NCBI GenBank assembly: GCA_951406725.2
Contig: OX597830.1
Location: 52,266,001-52,330,000, forward strand
DNA from: Octopus vulgaris
Lineage: Eukaryota
Length of the DNA stretch: 64,000 nt
Direction: 5' to 3'
Part shown: in pieces, positions 28,871 through 43,214 of the stretch
How positions within the stretch are numbered: position 1 is the first letter of the stretch
Layout: every line of letters starts with the position of its first letter
Program-made: the position numbers and the translations under genes
The notes under the pieces: generated by a model
The model's database searches: none
What the model was told of the DNA's origin: nothing
What the model saw: the letters and a program-made list of their open reading frames with translations, nothing else

Positions 28871-28973
28871 CACCTGATGAGGCTGTTTTGCACCGTGCGT
28901 TACATCTGGTGTAATTACATCGTGTCACGCCCAGAAGGGAGCAGTGCAGAATAAAGCCGAAACGATTGTTGTG
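28871..28973 (+). ncRNA. Type I minimal hammerhead ribozyme motif with long stem II
   Basis: CAC CUGAUGA GGCU-GUUUUGCAC...GUGCAGAAU-AA-AGCC GAAAC GAUU GUU GUG. Confidence 0.6.
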
Positions 28974-29027
28974 CTAATATATGCTTCTAGTTATGTTCCG
29001 TCTACCATATTAATGACTTAAAATTTT

Positions 29028-29083
<56 letters not shown>

Positions 29084-29293
29084 TATATACACAGACGAGG
29101 CTATAGCAGAAGGCAATCAACAAAGCTGCCATGGAGTGGAACCGAACTCGAACCATTTGTCTGGCAGGCAAGCTTCTTACCGCACTGGCACGTCTCCGCC
29201 AATTGTCTGTGTGTATGTACATACATACATATATACATACATATATACATACATATATACATACATATATATATACATACAAACATGTATATT

Positions 29294-29341
<48 letters not shown>

Positions 29342-29866
29342 CATATAAATATATGGCAAAATTTATACATAACAAAATTTAAAAGACAAGCTTTAATTGC
29401 AAATTACATTTGTTTTTACGCCATACACTAGCTTTAAGTTGCTGAGTTATCACTCATAAACCATCAAAACAACTTTTAAGTAATGGTATGTGAACAGAAC
29501 CTCACCAAGTTAAAGATGATGTCTTGTGCAGAAAGATATCCTGTTATTAGCAAATAAAGCCCGTTTTTTCACCGAGTTGTCTTAATTTTATATTAATATC
29601 ATACTATATTGGAGTTCCACATGTTTATCCAGCTCAGGAAAAACATTTTGCTGGAAGATGGCATACGGTAGCCAATAGCAGTATAGGAGATTTTAAATGC
29701 ACATTATGAGGTTACTTCCTAGATTATATTGAATATATTTATGGATGTATATAAAATTATCTCTATATATGTATATATGTGCTACTAATATAGGATAAAT
29801 TTTTTTTTCAGAAAAATATTTCATCAAAAATTGACAGCATATTAAAATACCTTTAAAGGTTAAAAT

Positions 29867-30102
29867 TATAAACAACTTATAAACAAGGGCAAAACAAAAA
29901 TTATTTCCGTGCCAATATGCTGATAACAGACTTTAAGTCGTCAATTTCCACATTTCATTATACATTCACTATAAATACACGTGTATTGATAGTGAATGTA
30001 TAATGAAATGTAGAAATGTGGAAATTGACGATTTAAAGTCTGTTATCAGCATATTAGCATGGAAATAATTTTTCTTATGCCCTTGTTTATGAGCTGTTTA
30101 TA
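29867..30102. repeat. 236-bp loopless fold-back palindrome
   Basis: Centre AATACAC|GTGTATT at 29980/29981. The arms match almost throughout; the right arm has a short duplication. Confidence 0.92.
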
Positions 30103-30712
30103 TGTATATATGGATGGGTAGATATTGTAATTATAATTTTAATATTATTAAGTACGTATAAACTGTAGGATATTGATAAATCAAAAAATAACATTTTATT
30201 GTGAAAATATAACTTTTTCTTGTCCGTTTAGTATATTTTGTGTATATTGTACACAATCATAAAGTTAGTATTTCTCTCTTTCACAATTTCGTATCTGTCT
30301 CTACTACAGTAAATTTCTAATTACTTAATGTAATTTCATTAATTTCGTTCATAAAGTATTTACATTTAATTGATAGATCTCTTCATTTGTTTGTCTACAA
30401 TCTATATCTATGTGTATATTTTCGTTTTGAGGTTCATCGATGTTCATATTCAAACAGAATATGACATTGTTGATTGTAATATTTGGAATTCTATCATAAA
30501 ACTAATTATTTTAGCTCTCGAAATCTAGTTTTGAAGGGATATTAGGTATCGGTTGTTTATTGTTTTTTCATAATATTCATCCAAATGATAATTTGTTGTA
30601 ACTCAAAATCACACTGCGTAAAATTTTACTGTATTTTCCATCATTTTTCATAACTGTTTTCTTGCTTTCTTCACGCACCAACTTATATATACATATATGT
30701 GTGCGTGTATAC

Positions 30713-30774
<62 letters not shown>

Positions 30775-31287
30775 GCGCATGCATTTGTTTCTGTATATGT
30801 ATGTGTGTTTTATGTAAGTATGTATATATGTATGTATGTGCGTATGTATGTATGCATGTATGTATGTCGAATTTTTAAGTACTTCGTTTCACAACCACGT
30901 TTCCCGGGTTCACTCCCACAGCGTGTCATCATGTTTATATATATCATTTTCCATACCCTAGAGTCGGTTTACAATTCACTGAAAATTGGTTATCGGAAAC
31001 TGAATACAAGCCTGTCGGGTGGAATATACCCGTGTTTCTAAGACAGCCTTCTCACACTCAATTTGCCTAAGGATAATATTAAGGTTCCATAATATGTCTG
31101 TGTTATATACAACCACTTAACATGTTGATTCAGTGACAGATAATATATTTGATCAAACAACTGAATCCTCATCAAGAGACTATGACTACAACTACATGTG
31201 TGTGAGAATGTGTGTGAGAGTGTAAATACATATCTGTGCATATAAATAAACATTTACATATATATACATAAATACATACATAAAGTG

Positions 31288-31323
<36 letters not shown>

Positions 31324-31331
31324 GTATATAA

Positions 31332-32240
31332 GTAATTAAAATGACTCTAGGAATAATGTCATGAAATTATGTCATGAAGTTCATTAGCTTACATCTGTTT
31401 CTGCTATAGATGCAGTGCACTTATAGTTGAATATTTGTGTATTACCTTATAGCTTCATTAGAGCTTCAAAAATGAAGTGCATGCTATTTGGGAAGGCATT
31501 TAGATCTATGTGTTTATATATATATAGAGAGAGAGAGATAGAGAGGGGGGAGAAGGAGAGAGAGGTTGAAAGAGAGAAAGACACACAGACAGACAGACAG
31601 ACAGGCAGACAAGGGAAGAGAGAAGGAGAGCAAGACAAAAGAGTTGCCAATGAAAAGAGCAGGAACTTATGTAGGAAAGAAAACCAGAAGTTTCTGAAGG
31701 AAAAGCCACTCATAGGAGTGGATTAAGATAAAATGTCATCTATATATATGTTCAAAGATGGGAAAATGAAGAAACTCTATGAAAAGAAGTGAATAGAGCA
31801 ACATGAATAGATAAACATTTGGCTGTGATTGAATTCTCTTTCTCACATTGTCGTGGATTCGGTCGTATTCATTCTGTCTATATTCCCAAGATATATTTTT
31901 ACCTTTTGTTTTTCTTTTTACTTCTTTCGTAGGGATTCTTCTTTTACACATCCTTATACATATTTGTAGATAAAATTTTACCTTAATCCATTTCTTGGGA
32001 GAGATCTTCCTCCTCAAACTCCTGACTTCATTTCTGTCATAAGTTTATGTTTTTTTTTTATTTCGTTAGTAATGCATTTCTGTGTATATACATAGATGAA
32101 AATGTGAAAATGCTTTCCCTAATTAAATTTCACAGCTCCAATGAAGCTATATGGGGATGCAAAAGAATTCAACTTTGATTAAATTGCACCTTGTAGCAGG
32201 AACAGTTGTAAGCTAATGTCGTTCTTGTGATTTTAATTAC
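31332..32240. mobile_element. ~910-bp diverged palindrome with a decayed outward-reading hammerhead on each arm
   Basis: Mirror blocks GTAATTAAAAT/ATTTTAATTAC, CATTAGCTTACA/TGTAAGCTAATG and TGGATTAAGATAAAAT/ATTTTACCTTAATCCA. Left arm (minus strand) AGCU CUaAUGA A GCUAUA..UAUAGC A GAAAC AGAU GUA AGCU. Confidence 0.7.
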
Positions 32241-32669
32241 CTATTACCGCACTGTAGTCGACTGATGTGTTGTTCTGAAGCAAACGTATATTGAGTTCTA
32301 ATACCAGGTTATCAGTATCGCCATGCCCAAGGGAAATAATAAAATTATACACACACACATATATATAAGTGAATATGAATTATGTGGATTATTTATGTTG
32401 CGTACGTTTTCCATGGGTAGATATATTTGTTTTTTAATATATTATATAATGAAACAAAATAAACAGACCATTTCGTCAGACATCACTTCATCATCAAAAC
32501 ATTCAGTGATCAGCGAGAAATTAATTTATCTCAAAAATCTAAGAAAATGTTTACACCCTAACTGAGATAATAATATTACAGACATCATAATAATTTTATA
32601 TACTCTCTAGAGAACATGAAAAAGACTAGGGGGTGGGAGAAGGTTAACACCAAATCTCACCCTAGTCCT

Positions 32670-33160
32670 AGGGTCATGGAATGTGCGTGGGTGTAGTACA
32701 AGTGAAATGAAGAGGAGAGAGACAGGGAGTGTGATGAGGAGGCGAAGGATGGATGTTCTGGCACTGAGCGAGACTAAGATGAAAGTTAAAGGATAGTATC
32801 AGTTTCGGTATATGACTGGACGAGTGTTAGGAGTGGGAGAGGGATGTCTCGTGAGGGAATGGCATTTCTGGTGAGTGAGCGTGTAAAGAAGAGTGTGGTG
32901 TATTGGAGGAAAGTGTCTTTAAGATTAATGTGGATTACGATGAGGTGGGGAGGAGCGGTGTGGGTATTTTTAGTATATATAGCCCAAGGAGTAAAAGTAT
33001 ATAGGAAGAAGAGTTCTGGAGGGATAAGGTGGGGAAAAGTGGCTATGTGGTGGTGTTGGGTGATTTGAATGCGCGAGTGGGAAATGAGGAAGTAGAAATT
33101 GTTGTAGGAAAATATGGAGTTCCTGGTCGGAATGAGAGTGGAAGGAGGTTGTTGGAAATA
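32670..33160 (+). mobile_element. RTE-clade LINE AP-endonuclease fragment, frameshifted
   Basis: GSWNVRG...MDVLALSETKMK...VVVLGDLNARVG...GKYGVPGRNESGRRLLE. Confidence 0.85.
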
Positions 33161-33166
33161 TATATA

Positions 33167-33543
33167 CACTACCGTCAGCAATTAATTAGCACCCTTGATT
33201 TGCTCTTCACTCAAGGTATGTGCTGTCACCTAGTGGCCATATCTCGAACTATTGCTTTGTTGCGAGTTCACTGTTGCGCAGAACGATGACGTAACTTTGT
33301 TTGCAGAGCAGTTTGAGAGTCTACAGCCTTATGATGTTGACATAGCAGTGCAACAACTTGGAGTGCGGATGCAGACAAATCTTCCTTTGTTTAATAGATA
33401 TAGGTAGCGCCTCTCAAGGACCGAAATCACACCATACTAAGTTTTCTCATCGCATAAGACGTTTTGAACAGCGCATAGGTTAATTGATTTAACCTATTTA
33501 ATGTAGAAATTTGAGAAGTGCTAATTAATTTCTGACGCAAGTG
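33167..33543. mobile_element. Tc1-type MITE, 377 bp, 26-bp TIRs, TA target duplication
   Basis: TA|CACTACCGTCAGCAATTAATTAGCAC ... GTGCTAATTAATTTCTGACGCAAGTG|TA. Confidence 0.8.
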
Positions 33544-33576
33544 TATGTGTGTGTTTGTGTGTGTGTGTGTGTGTGT

Positions 33577-33743
33577 ATTGTATTATATTATATTATATTA
33601 TATTATATTATATTATATTATATTATATTATATTATATTATATTATATTATATTATATTATATTATATTATATTATATTATATTATATCATATCATATTA
33701 TATTATATTATATTATATTATATTATATTATATTATATTATAG
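33577..33743. repeat. (TATTA)n pentanucleotide array
   Basis: Directly visible. Confidence 0.95.
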
Positions 33744-34427
33744 ATTAGATTTTTGGAAACGTTGGCTCTCGAAGCAAATCACATAATTCCTATAAATAAT
33801 AACATGTAAATAATTGTTTGGAAACGCACCTTGAGCAGAAACAGTCTCACAGGTAGCCTTCAAATTTTTCTATCTAATAGGGCTTTTCAACCCAATATCT
33901 ATGTTATTAGTTATAGCATTTATGTTATGTGCCACTAGGGTCAATGCTCAAAATGATGATTTATTTGATATTTTGCCAATACAGAGATATTGGCTGAGAT
34001 ATGTTACGGCAGAAGAATGTGTTTCGAAATAGATTAATGGAAGAGGTTGTTTCAGTTAAAGATATAGAAATTTTCAGTTGAGTCATTTGCAAATGACATT
34101 TAGTGTAATACATTTATCACTTCAGTCGTAGTTAGTAGGTGATGGAGAGTGAACATATTATACACGTTTCCAATTTATGTAAGACAGATTCAATACAGAT
34201 AAGACCGTAGCGTGTTATTCATTTCGATTCACGTGTACAAAGAGGTCACGAAGTTTACATAAAGGAAAACATTAACCGAACTTTGTCGTCAAAGATAAGG
34301 GATACAAAAGTACACATATAAAAATGTATGAACTTACAGTTATGTATGTATGCATGTATATATGTATGTCACACTACACGCATGCTCTCAGAAACACACT
34401 TACACACACACACACATACATATATAA

Positions 34428-34580
<153 letters not shown>

Positions 34581-34979
34581 TGTATGTATGTATGTATGTA
34601 TGTATGCATGTATACATATACGTATGTATATACGCACACAGAGGCTACATTTGACGATTTTATTGTCTTCTTTTTCAGCTCGATGTATTGGTGAACACTC
34701 AATGGCGTTGGAGAGCATCAAACTTAAATGTTGTAATTGAGAAACCGTTAGCTGCTATATACTTCAGAAATATAACTACACGTGACCTGTTGATTTTCCT
34801 TCTTCTTCTTTGGACTTTTCCCTTTCTCCTTTCCAACGAGGAACTATGCTCGGAACGTGAAAAACTCCCTCCTTTCAACGAGCACGTCCTCTCGTTCGCT
34901 TTTTCTCCTTCTTTTTCCTTCTTTCGTTTTGTTTGTTCCTTGAAATGATTTTATACACACACATACATACATACATACA

Positions 34980-35069
<90 letters not shown>

Positions 35070-35382
35070 TAAATAGATATATATACATATATATGCGTAG
35101 TCTTCATGTATGTGTATATGTGTACATATACATATATATATATATATACACACTTGTAGAAGTTTATATAGATTGATAGATAGATGGGAGAGAGTGAGAA
35201 AATAAACAGAAAAAGAAGGATAGAAAATGAGGAGACAAAAATAAATAGATAGACAGAGAGAGAGAGATGTAGATTTGCTGTTAAGCCGGTATACATATAT
35301 ACATACATGCATCATGCATACATACATACATACATACATACATGCATACATACATACATACATACATACATACATACATACA

Positions 35383-35416
<34 letters not shown>

Positions 35417-35603
35417 CATACATACATACATACATATGCACACACACACATACATACATACAGAATTTAGGAAAGCGGAAATGTCAAAGAGACAGATTAT
35501 GAAGAACTATATTCTTAAGACAGAAAAGGTTTTATTTTATTTTTATTTTTTCCTTTTGTACTAAAGATTGTAGGATTTCTTTGGTCAATCTCTCTCTTCT
35601 AGC

Positions 35604-35717
35604 AGACTGTAATAATGGAATGAATTCGTTAAAGTGTGTTAGTATTTGTGGAGAGCTTCAAAAATGGTTCCAGTTAAATATTTATTCACTTGAACGAAGA
35701 ATTTAGAATGTATTAAC
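35604..35717 (+). ncRNA. Conserved hairpin block, copy 1 (candidate pre-miRNA 35625-35698; alternative: duplicated exon)
   Basis: Three near-identical copies. TTCGTTAAAGTGTGTTAGTATTTGTGGA pairs with TCCAGTTAAATATTTATTCACTTGAACGAA. Confidence 0.45.
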
Positions 35718-35877
35718 AATGATGTCGGCATTGCTAACCGAGAACAAAAATGACAACAGCGAAACAACAACAAAACAACAACAACTGCAACAATAATAAT
35801 AATAATAACTATGATGATTATTATAATAATGATATTTATAATAATGCCAACAAAAATAACAACAATAAAAATGGAAT

Positions 35878-36260
35878 GAAAGCACTCCGTCGGTTACGAC
35901 GACGAGGTTTCCGGTTGATCCGAATCAACGGAACAGCCTGCTCGTGAAATTAACGTGTAAGTGGCTGAGCACTCCACAGACACGTGCACCCTTAACGTAG
36001 TTCTCGGGGATATTCAGCGTGACACAGAGAGTGACAAGGCCGGCCCCTTGAAATACAGGTACATCAGAAACAGGAAGTAAGAGTGAGAGAAAGTTGTGGT
36101 GAAAGAGTACAGCAGGGATCACCACCATCCCCTGCCGGAGCCTCGTGGAGCTTTTAGGTGTTTTCGCTCAATAAACACTCACAAGGCCCGGTCTGGGAAT
36201 CGAAACCGCGATCCTATGACCGCGAATCCGCTGCCCTAACAACTGGGCCATTGCGCCTCC
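35878..36260 (-). mobile_element. Full-length tRNA-derived SINE (family D)
   Basis: Head GGAGGCGCAATGGCCCAGTTGTTAGGGC...GGTTTCGATTCCC carries A and B boxes. The 3' part is shared with 53020-53200. Confidence 0.85.
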
Positions 36261-36351
36261 ACGAACAATAAAAATAATGATAAAATTAATAGCAATAATA
36301 AGAACCCCATAACAAAAACAAAACGAGAACGAAAATGTCAATGAAAATAAT

Positions 36352-36752
36352 TCTATTATAAGCACAAGGAGCTGAATTTGTGGAGGTCGAGGAAGTGGGG
36401 GCTAGTCGATTACATTGCCCTTAGTGATCAATTGGTTTTATTTTATCGATCCCGATATGATTAAAGGCAAAGTTGGAATTTGAACTCAGAACGTAAAGAC
36501 AGTCGAATAATAATAACAATAATACTTTGTTGTATAGGGACAAGGCTTGAAATTTTGGGAAAGATGAAGGGTTGCTTGATTACATGGACTTTAGAACTTG
36601 ATTGGTACTTTATCTTATTTTCATCGACCCCGAAAGGATGAAAAGCGAAGTCGGCCTCGGCGGAATTTGAATTCAGAACGTAGAGACGGGACGAAATGCC
36701 AGAAAGCCTTTTGTCCGGCCGGTGTGATAAAACATTCTGCTAGATTGCCATC
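36352..36752 (-). mobile_element. Two adjacent family B SINE copies
   Basis: GGAATTTGAACTCAGAACGTA near 36480 and GGAATTTGAATTCAGAACGTA near 36665. Confidence 0.8.
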
Positions 36753-36864
36753 TTAAAAAGAAGAAGAAGAAGAAGAAGAAGAAGAAGAAGAAGAAGAAGA
36801 AGAAGAAGAAGAAGGAGATGATGATGGTGATGATGATGATGATGATGATGAAGAAAGAAAGAAG

Positions 36865-36989
<125 letters not shown>

Positions 36990-37990
36990 GTGTGTCTCTG
37001 TAGGAATGTATACATTCTTAGTTTTATACATTTAATGCAAGCTAAAGAAAATATTTGCTCTAGTTATATTTAACTCGTATAAAGTCGTGTTTGGATTTCT
37101 GGTATCCTCGCTTTTCCTTGCAGGAATTGTCACAAGCACATACATGCGCGCACGCACACAGACACACATTTACAGACACAAAAAAATACACGTGTATATA
37201 TATATTTATACATATATATATGTGTGTGTATGCATAAGTAAATATACATTATGTATATATATATATGCATACATAGACACACACAATGTATATACATATA
37301 CATATACACACACACACACACATTCTATATGTTATAAGTATCAAGATACGTAAACGTCTACGTATATGTATGTATGGATGTATAAGATATGCATACACAA
37401 TTATGTTCTAATAGATATGAACGTATACACGCACATATGTGCTCATGTATATGCATGTATATATACATATATATACATATATATGAACATATATATATAT
37501 GTGTGTGTCTGTGTGTCTGTGTGTCTGTGTGTACGCGTATGTGTGTGTATATACATATATAGACATGTGTGTATATAAATATATATATATTGACACAGAT
37601 GGATGGATGGACGAACGGATGGACACATATATTCGATGATAGTATCAAAAATGATAAAGAAAATAATGTCGAAAAGTCTATTTATTTCATATAATTTCGA
37701 AATTTCATGTGCGTTGCGGAGCTTAAAGATATAAATTTTAGGGCGGTATTTTACGACTCTTGCTTTTAAAGGATTTTGCAAAAGAGAATCGATTTGTGAC
37801 AATAAATGTAAAAACAAAATGAGGAACGGCAAACATGTCAAAAATTGATTTTCGCTCATTATTCAAAGGTCAGAACTTCAGATTTTAACAAAGTTGTTTC
37901 TAAAGAATTTTGCAAATAAAAGTATATCCCTAAAGACATATTTCGAAAAACGTGTGTAAAAAGTACCTTTTTCGCTCCACCCTTAAAATT

Positions 37991-38600
37991 CAGGCTGCGA
38001 TGGGTAAATTGTCGCCATATTATACTTTTAATTTTGTGCATGTGCATTGTTTAGTTTCGATTTTGTCGACTACACAGTTTAGTATGAACAGTTGGCCAGC
38101 GTCTGTGAGAAAAACAGCACCATGATGCAATTCACTCTGCCAGAAATTTGGAAAGGACATGCTGTACTGCTTGGCATTCGCGCCGGAAGCTCCAATACAA
38201 ACATTTCAGAGTGTTTGGGACAGTGCAATCTGCAGACATGTACCGAGCGTGGTAAAAATCAAACTTCCTATCAACACCATGGTGTTTGCAATGATCACTA
38301 GTGATGGCGACGTTATGCCTCCATTCATCTTTCCACGCGGCCCGAGACTCAACACGGAAGCCTACATCAAGTCCCTGGAGGAGATAGTGCTGCTCTGGAT
38401 CAAGAGGGTGACTGCTGGAAGACCCTATGTCTGACAACAGGACTCTGCACCATGCCACACAAACAGGAGAACCCAGCCATGGCTGTCAGACAATTGCTAC
38501 GAGCACATTACCCCTCACATCTGGCCACCTAACTCCCCAGACTGCAACCCCTTTGAGTATTATGTGTGGGGCGCAGATGAGTGCGAGACCAACAAAATTC
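37991..38600 (+). mobile_element. Internally deleted Tc1/mariner transposon of maT (DD37D) type
   Basis: MVFAMITSDGDVMPPFIF...PYV*QQDSAPCH...WPPNSPDCNPFEYYVWG, with 37 residues between the second D and the third acidic residue. Confidence 0.8.
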
Positions 38601-38805
38601 TTTGGTTTCAATGGCGTATGTGTTCCCCAGCTAGATGGGACGCCAGTCCATCGCAGCGTTACTCATTTTTGCCAGCTGAGCGGACTGGAGCAACGTGAAA
38701 TGAAGTGTTTTGCTCAAGAACACAACGTGTCGCCCGGTCAAGGAATCAAAACCATAATCTTACGATCATGGTGCTGACACCCTAACCACTAAGCCACGGG
38801 CCTAC
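38600..38805 (-). mobile_element. tRNA-derived SINE (family D-related)
   Basis: CTCATTTTTGCCAGCTGAGCGGACTGGAGCAACGTGAAATGAAGTG. Head GTGGCTTAGTGG...GGTTTTGATTCC on the minus strand. Confidence 0.75.
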
Positions 38806-38833
38806 ACTTACATAAGTATGTATATATACATAT

Positions 38834-38867
<34 letters not shown>

Positions 38868-39126
38868 CCACACATAAGCATGTATTTATATAAGTATGCA
38901 TGCACATGTTCAGGTAAGGAAGACCGAAAGTGCCAAAAGCTGGAATTGAATGCGTGACAGCATATTTTGCTGCTACCTTTCTCTCTCGCTCTCTCTTTCT
39001 GTCTACCACTCTCACTCACTCACTTTCTCACTCCCTCTCTCTCTCTCTCTCTTACTCTCTCTCTCTTATCTTGACTTCCGCACGTTGTAGGATTTCATTG
39101 GTCAATGAGAAGATTTCATTCATCGC

Positions 39127-39240
39127 AGACAGAGATAATGGAATGAATTCCTTAAAGTGTGTCAGTATTTGTGGAGAGCTTCAGAAATGGTTCCAGTTAA
39201 ATATTTATTCACTTGAACGAAGATTTTTGAATGTATTAAC
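39127..39240 (+). ncRNA. Conserved hairpin block, copy 2 (hairpin 39148-39221)
   Basis: See copy 1; the 3' arm is identical. Confidence 0.45.
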
Positions 39241-39642
39241 GAAGATGATGTCGGCGCTAGTGATAATGAGGGAGAAGGGGAAGAGGATTATAATGCTAGT
39301 TGTGGTGGGGGTGGTGGGGGTGGGGGTGGTGGTAGCGGGGGGGCGGTGACGACGATGGTCATTAGGATTATGATTATGGAGTTTATTGCGGTTGTGATAG
39401 AGATGGTCGCGATGGTAGTGATTGTGGTGGTGGTGATGGTGGTAGTGGTGGTATTGATGGTAGTGACATTGGTGGTGGTGGTGGTGGTGGTGGTAGGCGT
39501 GGTCGTCGTCGTCCTCATGCCCATCTTCATTGTCGTTGTCGACCTCAACGTCGTCGTCGTAGTATCTGTCACACTTAGGTTTGTTGCATGACACAGACGA
39601 TTATCAGGAAGAGGAACGTGCTGGTGATGCTTATGTTTCTTT

Positions 39643-39712
<70 letters not shown>

Positions 39713-39728
39713 TGATTGATAGGTAGGT

Positions 39729-39771
<43 letters not shown>

Positions 39772-39848
39772 CATATATATATATACATACATACATACAT
39801 ACAAACATACATATACATATATACAATATATACATTATACATATATAC

Positions 39849-39998
39849 ATTATTTACATGAGTTACATTTTGACGGATATTTGTCCTCATCTTGTTTGTT
39901 GTTAACACAACGTTTCGCCTGATATACCTTCCAGCCTTCATCAGGTGTCTTGGGGAAATTTCGAACCTGGGTTCTCATTCCTAAGGTATTTTTCGATG
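39849..39998 (-). mobile_element. Inverted copy of the hammerhead-bearing tail (hammerhead 39904-39949)
   Basis: Reverse complement of 40496-40646. GACAC CUGAUGA AGGCUG..CAGGC GAAAC GUU GUGUU. Confidence 0.75.
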
Positions 39999-40000
39999 TT

Positions 40001-40062
<62 letters not shown>

Positions 40063-40079
40063 TATTATTATTATTATTA

Positions 40080-40197
<118 letters not shown>

Positions 40198-40217
40198 CAT
40201 CATCATCATCATCATCA

Positions 40218-40326
<109 letters not shown>

Positions 40327-40330
40327 CATA

Positions 40331-40429
40331 CTCGTGGGCATATGACGCAGTGGTTAACAGAGCATGCTACTAACCCCAAGATTCTGAGTTTGATTCCAGG
40401 CAATGGCCAGAATAATAATAATAATAATG

Positions 40430-40495
<66 letters not shown>

Positions 40496-40682
40496 GCATC
40501 AAAAAATACCTTAGGAATGAGAACCCAGGTTCGAAATTTCCCGAAGACACCTGATGAAAGCTGGAGGGTATATAAGCCGAAATGTTGTGTTAACAACAAA
40601 CAAGATAAGGACAAATATCCGTCAAAATGTAACTAATGTAAATAATTTACATAATTCCCCATCTCTTGAATATAGAACTGGA
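40331..40682 (+). mobile_element. SINE-like unit: tRNA-like head + (AAT)n + PLE-type tail with minimal hammerhead (40546-40591)
   Basis: A-box TGACGCAGTGG at 40343-40353, B-box GAGTTTGATTCC at 40386-40397. GACAC CUGAUGA AAGCUG..UAAGCC GAAAU GUU GUGUU. Confidence 0.6.
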
Positions 40683-40684
40683 AT

Positions 40685-40768
<84 letters not shown>

Positions 40769-40973
40769 AAAACACCTTTTATCAATTCAAAATGAACAAT
40801 TAAATTACACCATCTAGAAAATTACATATAATAGAAATATTATATATAAAATAACAATAATATACCGATAATTAAGTAAATGGCAAAAAAATAATAAAAA
40901 CGTATATAATCGTGAAAGTGGAAAAATTAACGAAAAATTCATTTCTGTTCTTTTTCCCATATATATGTATATG

Positions 40974-41017
<44 letters not shown>

Positions 41018-42738
41018 ATATGATATTACATAATATGATATAATATAATATAATACAATGCATATATAATACAAATATATATGTATATGTACAGAGAGAG
41101 AGAGAGAGAGAAAGAGAGGGCGTTCAACAAACAGAATGAGAGAGAGAGAGGAATGTCACTTCAGTACGTATTGTTATGGTGTGTGTCTACTGAACAATTT
41201 CCTGTTATTTTATGTTTTAGTAATTGCGACATTTATAAAATGTCCAACGTCAAATTTAATTCAAAATTATTGTTGTTTTTATTGTCTTTTTATTGTCGCT
41301 CTAGCTTTATATTTTATTCAGTTCCCACAATTAACTTGTTTTCCTGTATAGCAATATATTGCACTTGTAAGACTAACTGACTATACAGGTTGGAACGTGC
41401 GAAGTTTTTGGCTGGGAGTGATTTTCTGAAGAATGAAATAATACAAGATAACTTAAGGTGTATTCTTATCAGTGTGTTAAAATTTGCACACCTCCATCTA
41501 GTGAGGTGCATGGGTGGGGAAATTAATACATAAAATTAATAAATGTATTGTATCATTTATTATGTTGTGTAAATTGATAGGCGAGAGAGACGAATACAAA
41601 ATATCCCATCAGAAGGACCGGCAAAAATAAAAGAGAATTATTTATATTTCTGTATGAAAATCATGGTCTACAGCTTGGCCTTAATCATGCTAACAAGTGC
41701 TGATTGCATCAGTATTAGCCAATTTAGAGAGTAAAAACGATGAAACAACCGATACTGCTCCACTGTATTATAATTTCAGTCACTATACCGCAATTGTTTT
41801 TTATGTCTTAGCTTGTATTTACGAGAGTGAGACAGAAAGTAATACAATGTTAGGCTCATGCTCCTATTTTCTCTTAACCTTTGCATCTTCCCCAGAAGGA
41901 AGTTATTCCCTTTCTAGTAATACTGTATCAAGAAAGGCTGGCCTGTAGCAGCTTCATATGAAGTGTTTTTCACGAAAACTGGTTATTAACTTTCGAGGCA
42001 GGTATTTACTGTAAACATTTTTGCTACAGGTAAATTTGCCGTATTAATTTACTTTTGCAGTAACAATTTTTGTCGCATGTATTCTTACCGTTTATTTTCT
42101 TGCTGTTAAATAACCTTACCTCTATATTTACAGAGCACAAAATGAACGTCGTTTCGACTTGCAGTCAAGTTCATCGTGTGATTGTTAAGAAGAAAATAAT
42201 TTACATGTCATCAATAAAAACAATAACGTAGTTAATTAATAATATGTTTTAATCATTCAAGTATCGTTATCATCGTTAGTGTGTCTATGATTTTGTTTTT
42301 ATTTTTAGTAGGTCCATTTTAATTGGGTTTTTTTTAATTTGACATTTGCTTAGTTCCTTACAAGTAGACCACGTACTAAACTCTCGTTCAATGTGAGGAG
42401 AAATGAATGTTCTGAACTTTATTCAGACTGGTTTTTACCGACACAAGTCATCATTTATTTCGCAGACATTTAAGAAAACATTTTCAAAAATCATTACAAT
42501 AACTAGTGATAATATATGCAAAACAAAAAGTTCTTTATTAGAAAATAGGGAAGAAAAGAAATATTAGTAGTTAGTTATGTTTTCTAAAAATTCATAATTA
42601 CTGAAGCTTAATTTAATTTCGAAGATACAAATGATTAGCCAACCAAAGTAATTTCAAAATTCTGTTGCTATTGAATATTTTTACTTTTTGAATACTTCCA
42701 TTACCACTGAACACTGTTTTTCTTTAAACTATATACAT

Positions 42739-43152
42739 ATTTCTTTATTGCCCACAAGGGTCTAAACACGGAGAGGACAAACAAGGACAGACAAAGGGAT
42801 TAAGTCGATTACATCGACCTCAGTGTAAAATTGGTACTTAATTTATCGAACCCGAAAGGATGAAAGGCAAAGTCGACCTCGGCGGAATTTGAACTCAGAA
42901 CGTAACGACAGACGAAATACCTATTTCCTTACTACCCACAAGGGTCTAGACACGGAGAGGACAAACAAGGACAGACAAACGGATTAAGTCGATTATATCG
43001 ACCCCAGTGCGTAACTGGTACTTATTTAATCGACCCCGAAAGGATGAAAGGCAAAGTCGACTTCGGCGGAATTTGAACTCAGAACGTAACGACTGATGAA
43101 ATACTGCTTAGCATTTCGCCCGGCGCGCTAGCGTGTCTGCCAGCTCGCCGCC
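42739..43152 (-). mobile_element. Family B SINE with tandemly duplicated 3' half and 15-bp TSD
   Basis: TSD TCTTTAAACTATATA at 42721-42735 and 43156-43170. B-box GAGTTCAAATTCC occurs twice. Confidence 0.88.
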
Positions 43153-43214
43153 TTATCTTTAAACTATATATAAGTATCACAATAATTTAACTTTTATATT
43201 GTGACCAAAATTAA

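Noticed and set aside
40331-40410. Functional tRNA gene
   Set aside because: Anticodon and T stems are mispaired and there is no oligo-T terminator; treated as a SINE head.
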